Part shown: piece by piece, positions 9,769 to 17,396 of the stretch
How positions within the stretch are numbered: position 1 is the first letter of the stretch
Layout: each line of letters starts with the position of its first letter
DNA from: Verrucomicrobiota bacterium
Lineage (GTDB): Bacteria > Verrucomicrobiota > Kiritimatiellia > JAAZAB01
NCBI GenBank assembly: GCA_018898455.1
Contig: JAHIJO010000014.1
Coordinates: 1,560 to 65,559, forward strand
Length of the DNA: 64,000 nt
Reading direction: 5' to 3'
Made by a program: the position numbers and the translations under genes
Notes under the pieces: generated by a model
Told to the model about the DNA's origin: nothing
The model's database searches: none
The model's input: the letters and a program-made list of their open reading frames with translations, nothing else

Positions 9769-10638
9769 CTACTCCTTCTTCGTTGAATACGTCATCTTGA
9801 CGTCGAGTTGTTTCTTGCCGAAATTGACAATCATTCCCCATGACACATGGAGTAGCCGGATATAGGTCTGCATGATGGCACGATCGGCGGCGCGAATGCT
9901 TTCGTGAAGCGCCAGGATGATCGCAGCGCCATGGTCCCCTATCTTCATGCAGTCCAAAAGTGTGTGTCCCAGGGTGTATTCTCCTGAAGCCACATCCGTT
10001 TCGGGATTAAGATGGAAAGATACACCTTTCATCCGAAGATCGGCGGACAGTAAGCCTCGATAGGTTGTATCCCGATATCCCAAGCCATACTCTAAATAAA
10101 TTTGGCGTATAGATTCTGTGCAACCGTCCAGCATGGTTTTTTCAGGACAAGCCTCAAGAACTATGGGTAAAGTATCAAGGACATCGTTGTTTGCCCGATC
10201 AGGAGCGTCAAAGATAACGCGTTTTCGTACTAAGCTCTCTTTGCCAAAGTCAATGAGCCAGCCCGTTCTAATTGCCCAGAACTTCTGATAACACATCAGT
10301 TGCGCGTAATGTTCGGGTGCCAGGGGGCCGCGCAACGCTTTTAACTCCAGCACCAGTTTCCCTTCGACAATTAAATCCCCCTCAAATTCGTCGGCGACAA
10401 TGCCGTGGTGCTTCAATTGCCCCTTCGGCTTGAATTGATGCTCAATTCCCTTCGCGGCCAATTTATCCGCCAATAAACGGTGATAGAAGATTTCGTCCAA
10501 GCCAGGCCCAAGTTCCCGATGGACAGCCATCGCCTGTCCTATGACGGCATAGCTCAACTTATCTTCGCCCGCTTTCATCATTCGTGGTTGTCCTGAATTC
10601 GTGGGGGGGGATATCTTCATTCTTTGTCCGGTCAGCAT
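9769..10638 (-). CDS. GxxExxY protein (tandem PD-(D/E)XK-like GxxExxY domains)
   Basis: 289 aa ORF. The first half has GPGLDEIFY (a GxxExxY motif) with downstream E/K catalytic-like residues. The second half is a diverged repeat of the same fold. Confidence 0.7.
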   Translation of the reverse strand: MLTGQRMKISPPTNSGQPRMMKAGEDKLSYAVIGQAMAVHRELGPGLDEIFYHRLLADKLAAKGIEHQFKPKGQLKHHGIVADEFEGDLIVEGKLVLELKALRGPLAPEHYAQLMCYQKFWAIRTGWLIDFGKESLVRKRVIFDAPDRANNDVLDTLPIVLEACPEKTMLDGCTESIRQIYLEYGLGYRDTTYRGLLSADLRMKGVSFHLNPETDVASGEYTLGHTLLDCMKIGDHGAAIILALHESIRAADRAIMQTYIRLLHVSWGMIVNFGKKQLDVKMTYSTKKE

Positions 10639-10657
10639 GCCTTGCTGCGTATGATTG

Positions 10658-11530
10658 TCACGAGCGGTCCAAGTTGTTCGAGCTTATTTCAAAATATCGT
10701 TCCATCGCGGACAGCCCCTCGGGGGTGCCCATGTCCAGGAGCGGCGGTGGAACGGGGAAGGCACGCAACTGGCCTTGCGCCGCCAGTTCGGGAAAGATGT
10801 CCGTTTCGAGCGATATCTTCTTGCCGACTGCGAACGGGGCCAGGGCCTTCTTGTCCATCAGATAGGCGCCACCATTGACCCATCCTTCCTGGCGCTCCGC
10901 CTTTTCATGGAATGCGCTGATCCTGCGATCCGGATCGAATTCAATCGTTCCATAGCGGCCGGTTTCACGAATTGTGGTCACGGCAAGGCTCGCGAGTGGG
11001 CCAGCCTGCTCATGGGCTTGTCGAAATGCCGCGAAATCCAGATGGGGCAGGAACGAATCGCCGTTCAACACCAGGAATGGATCGGAGCGAATGTGTTTTT
11101 CCACGTGTTTCAGTCCTCCGCCGGTGCCCAGGGGCGAGGGTTCGGCGGAGAAAGAAAGCGAGAGATCAGAGGAGAAAGGAAAAAAAATAGCCTTGCTGAT
11201 GCGAAATAATTGCCCGTGAATTCCATCGGTCTTTTTGCTGATTTCTGACCCACCTTCGCCCCTTGACGGCTGGCTATGGCGGGCGAGCCTCTGACCTCTG
11301 ACTTCTGATTTCTGACTTCTAGCTTCTGCCGGGCACAGCCATTCTTGAATGGCTTCGCTCATATGGCCGGAGGCCAGATGGATATCGCGCACCCCGCCTT
11401 GGCTCAGCCAAGCCAACTGATGCTCCAGGAACGGTATTCCGGCGACCGGGATAAGGGCCTTCGGCCGATCCGGATATAACCGGCTGATGCGGATTCCTTT
11501 GCCGCCAACAAGAATGATCGCTTGAACCAT
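10658..11530 (-). CDS. sugar-1-phosphate nucleotidyltransferase (HddC/mannose-1-P guanylyltransferase-like) carrying ~40 aa low-complexity in-frame insertion
   Basis: The N-terminus ILVGGKGIRISRLYPDRPKALIPVAG matches the GGxGxRLxxLT-type motif, and EPSPLGTGGGL matches the EPLGTAG motif. The segment between them is about 40 aa longer than usual. It is encoded by a repeat-like insert containing an A8 tract and TCTGAYT heptamers. Confidence 0.6.
   Translation of the reverse strand: MVQAIILVGGKGIRISRLYPDRPKALIPVAGIPFLEHQLAWLSQGGVRDIHLASGHMSEAIQEWLCPAEARSQKSEVRGQRLARHSQPSRGEGGSEISKKTDGIHGQLFRISKAIFFPFSSDLSLSFSAEPSPLGTGGGLKHVEKHIRSDPFLVLNGDSFLPHLDFAAFRQAHEQAGPLASLAVTTIRETGRYGTIEFDPDRRISAFHEKAERQEGWVNGGAYLMDKKALAPFAVGKKISLETDIFPELAAQGQLRAFPVPPPLLDMGTPEGLSAMERYFEISSNNLDRS
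11290..11331. repeat. imperfect heptanucleotide tandem repeat (TCTGACC/TCTGACT/TCTGATT/TCTGACT/TCTAGCT/TCTGCCG) inside CDS
   Basis: Read directly from the sequence: 6 units with a 7-bp period. Confidence 0.8.
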
Positions 11531-11605
11531 GACGCTTCAGATAATATACTTATATGCCTTTTTGTCAAAAAGGGATTTCACGCGGATTAATTGCCTCCAA
11601 AGCTT

Positions 11606-12634
11606 ATGGCAGATGCTAACAGACCCGATCTTTCGGTTGTGATCCCGACACTGGGCCGTCCTTTTGTCGTCCGCACGCTGACGTCCTTGGCGGCAGCTCA
11701 TGGATTTTCGAAACTGGAAATCCTCCTGATCGGCAAGATTCCGGATGTTTCTGTGGCCGAGCGGGTGCGGGCCATTTCGATGCAGTATCCGCAGATTCGC
11801 CATATCGCTGTTTCGTTTGAGACCGGCGATTCCAGCGAAAAGAAGAATGCCGGCCTTCGGGCAGCGAGCGCGGATATCGTGGCGTTTCTTGATGACGACG
11901 TCATCGTGGCGCCGGACTGGGCAGAAAAAATACTGACGCCGTTTTCACAGCCTGATGTCGGATTGGTCAGCGGTCCCAGCCTGGTGCCCGCTGATATCCC
12001 GTTGCCGGGGCGTCTGGCCGGCCTGGCGCTGTCGTCATATGCGGCCGGTTACGTTGCCCGGCGCTACCTGCGACAACAGGAGGGGCCGCATGCCGCCACC
12101 TGGTCGCAGATTATCGGCTGTAATATGGTTTACCGGAAATCCGTGCTGATTGACATCGGTGGGTTCAATCCGAGATTCTGGCCCGGGGAGGAAATGATCG
12201 CGTCGTATCGGACGGCTCAGCGCGGCTATCGGATTATTTTTCATCCGCAGGCCTGTGTCGACCATTATCCCCGGACATCGGTGATGGGCTTTATGCGTCA
12301 GATGTTTGGATACGGGGCCACGCGCATTCGGCTTATCCGGGCGGGCGTTACATTGGAACCGATGACGCTGATTCCCGGGCTATGGTTGTTGTCGTTGGTG
12401 ATATTGCTGCCGGGGGCCTGGGTCTCGTATTGGGTTGCGATGTTGCTGGCGGTCAACATTGGAGCTTACGCCCTGATCGATATCGCCATAACCATGATGA
12501 AGGTAATGGCCACCCGCCGCGCGATTGACCTATTGCTATTGGGCTACATTCCGCTCATGCACTTGAGTTACGGACTGGGGGAATGGATAGAATTGCTGAT
12601 GCCAGGCCGGGATTTGAGCGAGCAACGCGGTTAG
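11606..12634 (+). CDS. family 2 glycosyltransferase with C-terminal membrane segments
   Basis: ORF 11591..12634 has DLSVVIPTLGRP and DDD motifs of GT-A/GT2 followed by 3-4 hydrophobic helices. The start is ATG 11606 or TTG 11591. Confidence 0.75.
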   Translation: MADANRPDLSVVIPTLGRPFVVRTLTSLAAAHGFSKLEILLIGKIPDVSVAERVRAISMQYPQIRHIAVSFETGDSSEKKNAGLRAASADIVAFLDDDVIVAPDWAEKILTPFSQPDVGLVSGPSLVPADIPLPGRLAGLALSSYAAGYVARRYLRQQEGPHAATWSQIIGCNMVYRKSVLIDIGGFNPRFWPGEEMIASYRTAQRGYRIIFHPQACVDHYPRTSVMGFMRQMFGYGATRIRLIRAGVTLEPMTLIPGLWLLSLVILLPGAWVSYWVAMLLAVNIGAYALIDIAITMMKVMATRRAIDLLLLGYIPLMHLSYGLGEWIELLMPGRDLSEQRG

Positions 12635-12850
12635 CCCGGGATTATTCCGTTGATTTTGTCATTATCCCATGATGGGCCGAAAGGGGTAATCGCATTCCGG
12701 CAAAGACGCCATGGGAATACTCGTCACGGTCTTCGCTATTGGATGTCTGGGCCTGGGTCAGCCAATGGTTCCACCAGCGCGTCAATTCTTCATGAGACAG
12801 ATGGCGGATATCCAAATCCTCTTCGCTGAGAAATTCATCTGCGACGGGAA

Positions 12851-13660
12851 TCATGGCATTGCCTCCGGCAAAGGATTGAAAGGCAATAGAGACACAGCGT
12901 GTTGAGCAAGAAGGTTGTGCGCTTTGGTCAAAGGCATGGCTTGGCATTCCTCTTGCAGTTTCGGCCAGGCATTCAGCCATGCTTGAGCGGCGTCACGATA
13001 AACCGATAGTCTTTTCTCGTTGGCATGGATCAATGCCCGGCGTTCGGCGTCCAGCTTTTCCTCAAGGCGCTCACGACCCTCTGATATTGCGGCCAGTATA
13101 GGACGTTGAGAAATGAGCCGGTTTGCCAAATCCGGGTTCAGGGCCGCCAGCTCGATTAAGTCCCCCGCGCTTCGGGAGAAAATCAGTTGGTCGGCGGGAT
13201 CGTCCATGCGCCGCGCAATTTCCCCGATGATGACATAATCTTTTTCCCGATTGGTCTGTTTGATTTTTGCCAGTTGTTTCAGACTGACGACCGGGATGTC
13301 TTGGGTAGCGGCAGTGTTCCAGAGATTCTGGAGTTCCGGCGATGACAAGCGGGGTGGATGCGAGAAGAAATCAGTACGAACACGTAATTCCTGATATGGA
13401 AACTCAAAATGGGAACTCCAACCATGCGCCAGCCAGCGGATATCCAGCGGCGCTCCAAACCGATAATGGGCACCGTGTTGCTCCAGCACGGACAACACAT
13501 GACGACAGGTATCTTCATCATTATGCAGGATCCAATCGCCGTCCTTGCTCATGATCGCAATGCGATGCAGGACCGCGGCCTGCCCTGAGCAAATCACGGT
13601 TCTCAGTTTGCCGCGATTGAATTCTTCGGTCAATCGGATATAGATATTTTCCATGAACAC
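12851..13660 (-). CDS. hypothetical protein (possible nucleotidyltransferase-fold, AbiEii-like)
   Basis: 269 aa ORF. The CSGQAAVLHRIAIMSKDGDWIL segment weakly resembles the GGxAxxxxxxR.S.D.D nucleotidyltransferase motif. No firm family assignment. Confidence 0.4.
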   Translation of the reverse strand: MFMENIYIRLTEEFNRGKLRTVICSGQAAVLHRIAIMSKDGDWILHNDEDTCRHVLSVLEQHGAHYRFGAPLDIRWLAHGWSSHFEFPYQELRVRTDFFSHPPRLSSPELQNLWNTAATQDIPVVSLKQLAKIKQTNREKDYVIIGEIARRMDDPADQLIFSRSAGDLIELAALNPDLANRLISQRPILAAISEGRERLEEKLDAERRALIHANEKRLSVYRDAAQAWLNAWPKLQEECQAMPLTKAHNLLAQHAVSLLPFNPLPEAMP

Positions 13661-13679
13661 CCTGTCCTGCTAATAAATC

Positions 13680-14981
13680 TTAAATCGGAGCATCCGATTT
13701 GCGGCTTTGCGACTTCACAATCAGAGCAATCCCGGCGCCCAGACAGATCATAATGCCGAGCCATTGCCAGATTAATTGCCTTTTGTCCGGGGCGTATTTC
13801 AACATGACTTCGTGTAATCCCGGCGATGGCACCAGGATTCCCTGGCAAATGAAATCCACCCGCCTGACCGGAACCGGTTCCCCATCAATCCAGGCATGCC
13901 AGTCGCGATCGTATTTTTCCGAAACTCGCAGTATGGACGGGCCATCGGATGAAACCTTGAGTTTCATGTAACCAGGCTTGTATTCAATCAGTTGGACTTG
14001 GCCGACAATCCCGCGGCCGTCCGTCGCCGGCAATCCGGCGACGGATTCGGGGGCCACCAAGACTTTTTCAAAAGGCACAAAGTCGCGCGCGCCCAGCCGG
14101 CGGAGCGCCTCGTCGTCCCCGACTTCCTGCCAACCGGCGATCAGCGCAAAGCGGGGGGCGGGCTTTTTCAGGCGCAGGATCGCGTGCTGGCCCGGCGTGC
14201 TGGGCGTGGCCGGAATGACCTTGACCCCCATTTCCGCCGGCGTCACATTGTAGGCATAAACAAGGTCAAAAGCGTCCTTCATGGCCGGGTCGTTTTGGAT
14301 CTGGCCCCAAACCTGGGACGGCGCCAGAACATAGCCGACGGCCGAGAGTTGCCAATACCTAAGCGCGTGTCCCCCGACGGCTTCCAGGTAGCGTTTGTAG
14401 TCCGCCGGCATCCGCGGCATCTGGGTCACATTCATGGTAAGAATGTGATAATAAGGAAACACATAGGTCAGCCAGAAATTGTAGAATCCATCCTGCGATA
14501 CCAAGGCCACGCGGTGTTCCGGCATATCGGACTTTAATATCCGGATAACGTCATTTTCTTCGAACACCGACATGGGCATGGTTTTGATATAGTGACGGGA
14601 GAGCCAGAGGGCGTCGCCGGCAACGATCAGGACCAGTATCCAAGCCGGTGCCCGGCGCCACATCGAAGCGCGCCTGAGGGGGGATGTAAGAATCCACAGG
14701 CATACGCCTGCGGCCAAAGTCATGAGCGCGGCATGCCATAAAGCCGTCACTTTGTTGCCGACAATTATTGCGGCATACGATCCCCAGCCCTGGGAGTTCA
14801 TCAGGGCCGTTTCCTCGCGAACGGCGCCGGTTTGCATCAGGGCCCAGAGGGCCAGTAGCCCCCCCAGGATGAACACCCCGGTGACAAAATGCCGGACCCA
14901 GCGTGGGATTGTCGTTACCAGGGTATCGAACGCCGGAGCTGACTTTTTCGTTGAAGGCTCAGGTTGTTTCTGTTTCTTCAT
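13680..14981 (-). CDS. membrane protein with large extracytoplasmic C-terminal domain (possible GT-C/YfhO-like C-terminal module)
   Basis: ORF 13680..15086 with an internal start MKKQKQ at 14981. It has four TM helices, then a ~300 aa soluble domain, then a C-terminal TM. Confidence 0.5.
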   Translation of the reverse strand: MKKQKQPEPSTKKSAPAFDTLVTTIPRWVRHFVTGVFILGGLLALWALMQTGAVREETALMNSQGWGSYAAIIVGNKVTALWHAALMTLAAGVCLWILTSPLRRASMWRRAPAWILVLIVAGDALWLSRHYIKTMPMSVFEENDVIRILKSDMPEHRVALVSQDGFYNFWLTYVFPYYHILTMNVTQMPRMPADYKRYLEAVGGHALRYWQLSAVGYVLAPSQVWGQIQNDPAMKDAFDLVYAYNVTPAEMGVKVIPATPSTPGQHAILRLKKPAPRFALIAGWQEVGDDEALRRLGARDFVPFEKVLVAPESVAGLPATDGRGIVGQVQLIEYKPGYMKLKVSSDGPSILRVSEKYDRDWHAWIDGEPVPVRRVDFICQGILVPSPGLHEVMLKYAPDKRQLIWQWLGIMICLGAGIALIVKSQSRKSDAPI

Positions 14982-14988
14982 GAAGAGA

Positions 14989-15100
14989 TTGGCCCGCGAA
15001 ACACGCGAAAGGACCGTGAATATAAATACCTGAAAATTGCACGGAGGCGTGCAATTTTCACCCTCCGGGCCGTCGTAACCCCGCATTAATGCGGGGTTAC
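14989..15100. repeat. palindrome-dense intergenic block
   Basis: It contains a CGCGAA-family repeat at 14989-15020. A perfect 12-bp IR GAAAATTGCACG/CGTGCAATTTTC lies at 15032-15059, and a perfect 26-bp palindrome GTAACCCCGCATTAATGCGGGGTTAC lies at 15075-15100. Homologous CGCGAA-rich copies lie at 38400 and 40837. Confidence 0.7.
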
Positions 15101-15150
15101 AAGGGGTTAACCACTTGCGTTTAGCGTATAACCCATTGGGTTATCCGCCC

Positions 15151-15228
15151 AACGCGACGTCTTTTCGCCAATGCCTTGTCAGCATTGACGAAAAGTGAAT
15201 ATTGCGCAATTTTCGCGCAATATTCAGG
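15151..15228. repeat. ~75-bp intergenic repeat copy A ending in 11-bp perfect IR GAATATTGCGC(N7)GCGCAATATTC
   Basis: About 80% identical to 21390-21456 (copy B). Read directly. Confidence 0.75.
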
Positions 15229-15238
15229 AAATACATAG

Positions 15239-15691
15239 TTAACTTGATATGCTTATCATTTTTTTTCTTGTATTTGCCAGCCGTTCCCATTCCAGCTTGG
15301 GATAATGTCCGAAATTAACCAGTAAGCCGAGCTTAAAGCCAGTCGCTTGGAGATAATTGATTACTTGCGCTCTGTGCTCGTCGGTTAGTTGAGAAACGGC
15401 TTTAATTTCCGCAATTATTTTTTCGTAACAAATAAAATCAGGTTCGTAAGCGTGTTTGAGACGGCGTCCTTTGTATTCCAGAGCAAGCGTTTTCTGGGAG
15501 ACAAAAGGCATGCCTAGTAGCTCGAATTCTATTTCGAGGCATTCCTGATAAACAGGCTCAAGAAATCCGCATCCCTTATTTCCATAAACCTCAAGACATG
15601 CGCCCACAACCTTAAACGCTTCCTCTCTATATATCAGGTTATCCATATTCGCGTTCGTTTCGCGGGCTACATTCTTATCTTGCCTTTCCAT
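15239..15691 (-). CDS. GxxExxY protein (PD-(D/E)XK-like)
   Basis: 150 aa ORF with GCGFLEPVY (a GxxExxY motif) and a typical ~125 aa core. It overlaps the stop of the upstream membrane-protein gene by 25 bp. Confidence 0.75.
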   Translation of the reverse strand: MERQDKNVARETNANMDNLIYREEAFKVVGACLEVYGNKGCGFLEPVYQECLEIEFELLGMPFVSQKTLALEYKGRRLKHAYEPDFICYEKIIAEIKAVSQLTDEHRAQVINYLQATGFKLGLLVNFGHYPKLEWERLANTRKKMISISS

Positions 15692-16992
15692 CTGCAGAGC
15701 AATCCGTCCAATCCATACGCCGCCAGGATACCCAGCGCCAACTGGAATATATGTAAAAACTTGTTCGGATTACGAATGGACGACACCATCGGCAATTTGT
15801 AAAACAAGGCATACAGAGGAAAGAACTTCCCAAACGCCAGCAACAACGTAACCACCGCCACACATCCCCAGAAAATAATCTCCGCTCTCCGCTCCGCATC
15901 TTCCGTGTCATTCGGTGTGTTCCGCGGGTCATTGCGATTCCTGATTCCGGCCGTCGCCATCAGGACGGCAAACAATGCCAGCAGAATGGGAATAGCGCCG
16001 AGATACTGGTTCTCCAGCTTAAAATTCATGAACCCCTGCCGGGTTTGTTCCCACCCTGCCGAACGTCCCATCCGCCCCCAGTACGGACCCGCCGGTTCAC
16101 CACTGCGCCAGCCCATATAGCCCGGGGCGATAAAATCAATGCATTCATCCGGCGGCCAGCTCCATTGCGTCGCGAAATCCCAATTTGCCTTGGGCGATTC
16201 AGTCTGCATACTGACCGCACCCTTGACATTAAATGCATAACTACTGAGCGTTGAGGACGCGGAAATTAACAGGCCAATCCCACCCATTAAGCTGAGAGCA
16301 ATCGCCGATTTTACCCAAGTGCCATTTGCCCGCCCTTGCCGAACAGCCAGGAACAAAGCATAGGCGCCCAGGATAAAGCCGAAAAAAAGGGCCACATCCG
16401 GTTGTTCGAGGAACATGAACCCGATGGCGCCGCCTGCCAGAATGCCCCAAAGCAGACTCGGTTGCCGGGCTAAAGCGCGCGAAATGCAATACAAAGCCAC
16501 ACTGGCCAGCATCAGCACTCCATATTTCCCGAGATGGCCGGCATACGTCAGGGTCAAATTACTACCCAGCCAGAAGGCGGTCAGCAGCCCCAACGCGATG
16601 GATGCCCATCCGGCTTTCTGTTCCCGCATAAACAACACGGAAAAAAATGAGGCAATAATAAGATCAAGAGCATGAACCCAGTTGATATACATCTTGACCG
16701 GCAGGAGCCAGACCAGAAGATAAGCCCATGAATGCGGCATAAACTTGCCCCCATTGCCCAGATAAGGCGTATCGCCCCACGCCCCGAAAAAGGCTTGCGG
16801 CAAAATAGATTTGGATCCTGCGACGCTCCCGATATTGTCGTCCGTGGAAAACAGACAACAGTCCGGGGCCAGGATTTGACGGAACATCAGGAGCGCAAAG
16901 CCGATGAGCGCCAAGGCCATGAGCCATGTCGCCCCGCGACCTGTTGATTCGTTGCTGCGATGCTGGGTTACTTGGTCCATACAGCCAGACAA
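15667..16992 (-). CDS. polytopic membrane protein (~10 TM; possible GT-C/YfhO-like N-terminal module)
   Basis: 441 aa ORF, highly hydrophobic, with an STDDNIG segment in the first loop. Confidence 0.5.
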   Translation of the reverse strand: MSGCMDQVTQHRSNESTGRGATWLMALALIGFALLMFRQILAPDCCLFSTDDNIGSVAGSKSILPQAFFGAWGDTPYLGNGGKFMPHSWAYLLVWLLPVKMYINWVHALDLIIASFFSVLFMREQKAGWASIALGLLTAFWLGSNLTLTYAGHLGKYGVLMLASVALYCISRALARQPSLLWGILAGGAIGFMFLEQPDVALFFGFILGAYALFLAVRQGRANGTWVKSAIALSLMGGIGLLISASSTLSSYAFNVKGAVSMQTESPKANWDFATQWSWPPDECIDFIAPGYMGWRSGEPAGPYWGRMGRSAGWEQTRQGFMNFKLENQYLGAIPILLALFAVLMATAGIRNRNDPRNTPNDTEDAERRAEIIFWGCVAVVTLLLAFGKFFPLYALFYKLPMVSSIRNPNKFLHIFQLALGILAAYGLDGLLCRWKGKIRM

Positions 16993-17093
16993 TCAATGAG
17001 TTTTCTAACTGTGCAATTCCTATGCATCAGGTGAGAACCTACGATATTTATCTGCGGGGAACAAGCACAACCCGGTAATTCTTGAAATATCGT

Positions 17094-17230
17094 AGTTACA
17101 GGGGGAATTTGGTGCAACCGAGTTGGGCAGAGGGCTTCAGTTGTAGCGGCCGTTCGACAGAACGGCAATCCGCGGTTCTCCCCACTCGGAGCGGGACAAG
17201 CTCGAACCGCATCTACACCCCCCTGTAACT
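17094..17230 (+). repeat. ~137-nt structured element closed by 12-bp stem AGTTACAGGGGG/CCCCCTGTAACT (candidate ncRNA or MITE); related copy at 63925-64000
   Basis: The terminal stem and an internal hairpin CCGTTCGACAGAACGG were read directly. The 30-nt core CAGTTGTAGCGGCCGTTCGACAGAACGGCA matches 63971-64000 at 26/30 positions. Confidence 0.5.
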
Positions 17231-17396
17231 CTGAGGCATTACTCTTGCTCATCAGGCAGGCTTGCTTTTACCGCCACCTTCCCCTACAATCATGAGTTCT
17301 GACATCATGGAAACAGTTTCTTATGCTGGACGGGGAATTTCTCCCTGGGGGAGGCCTTGCCTTGCCTATTCATGGCGATTTAATGAAAGAAAAAAT

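Noticed and set aside
10655-11209. 184-aa plus-strand ORF
   Set aside because: It is antisense to the nucleotidyltransferase gene and has a low-complexity Arg/Glu-rich tail from the repeat region.
11290-11331. Possible CRISPR array (short direct repeats)
   Set aside because: It is a 7-bp-period microsatellite inside a CDS with no spacer-repeat architecture. No CRISPR array was detected anywhere in the window.
12642-12980. 112-aa minus-strand ORF downstream of the 12851-13660 gene
   Set aside because: Its 5' 42 codons overlap the preceding gene in another frame. Only a ~70-aa tail (MIPVADEF...) could be independent, and it has no recognisable family. It may be a small partner protein, but evidence is insufficient.
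17094-17230. Possible tRNA or tmRNA in the 400-bp non-coding gap upstream of gmhA
   Set aside because: No cloverleaf was found (no acceptor/T-arm GTTCRANYC with matching 3' CCA context). There is only superficial GGGGCUG/UUCGAC similarity to a tmRNA 5' end. It is kept as an unclassified structured repeat.
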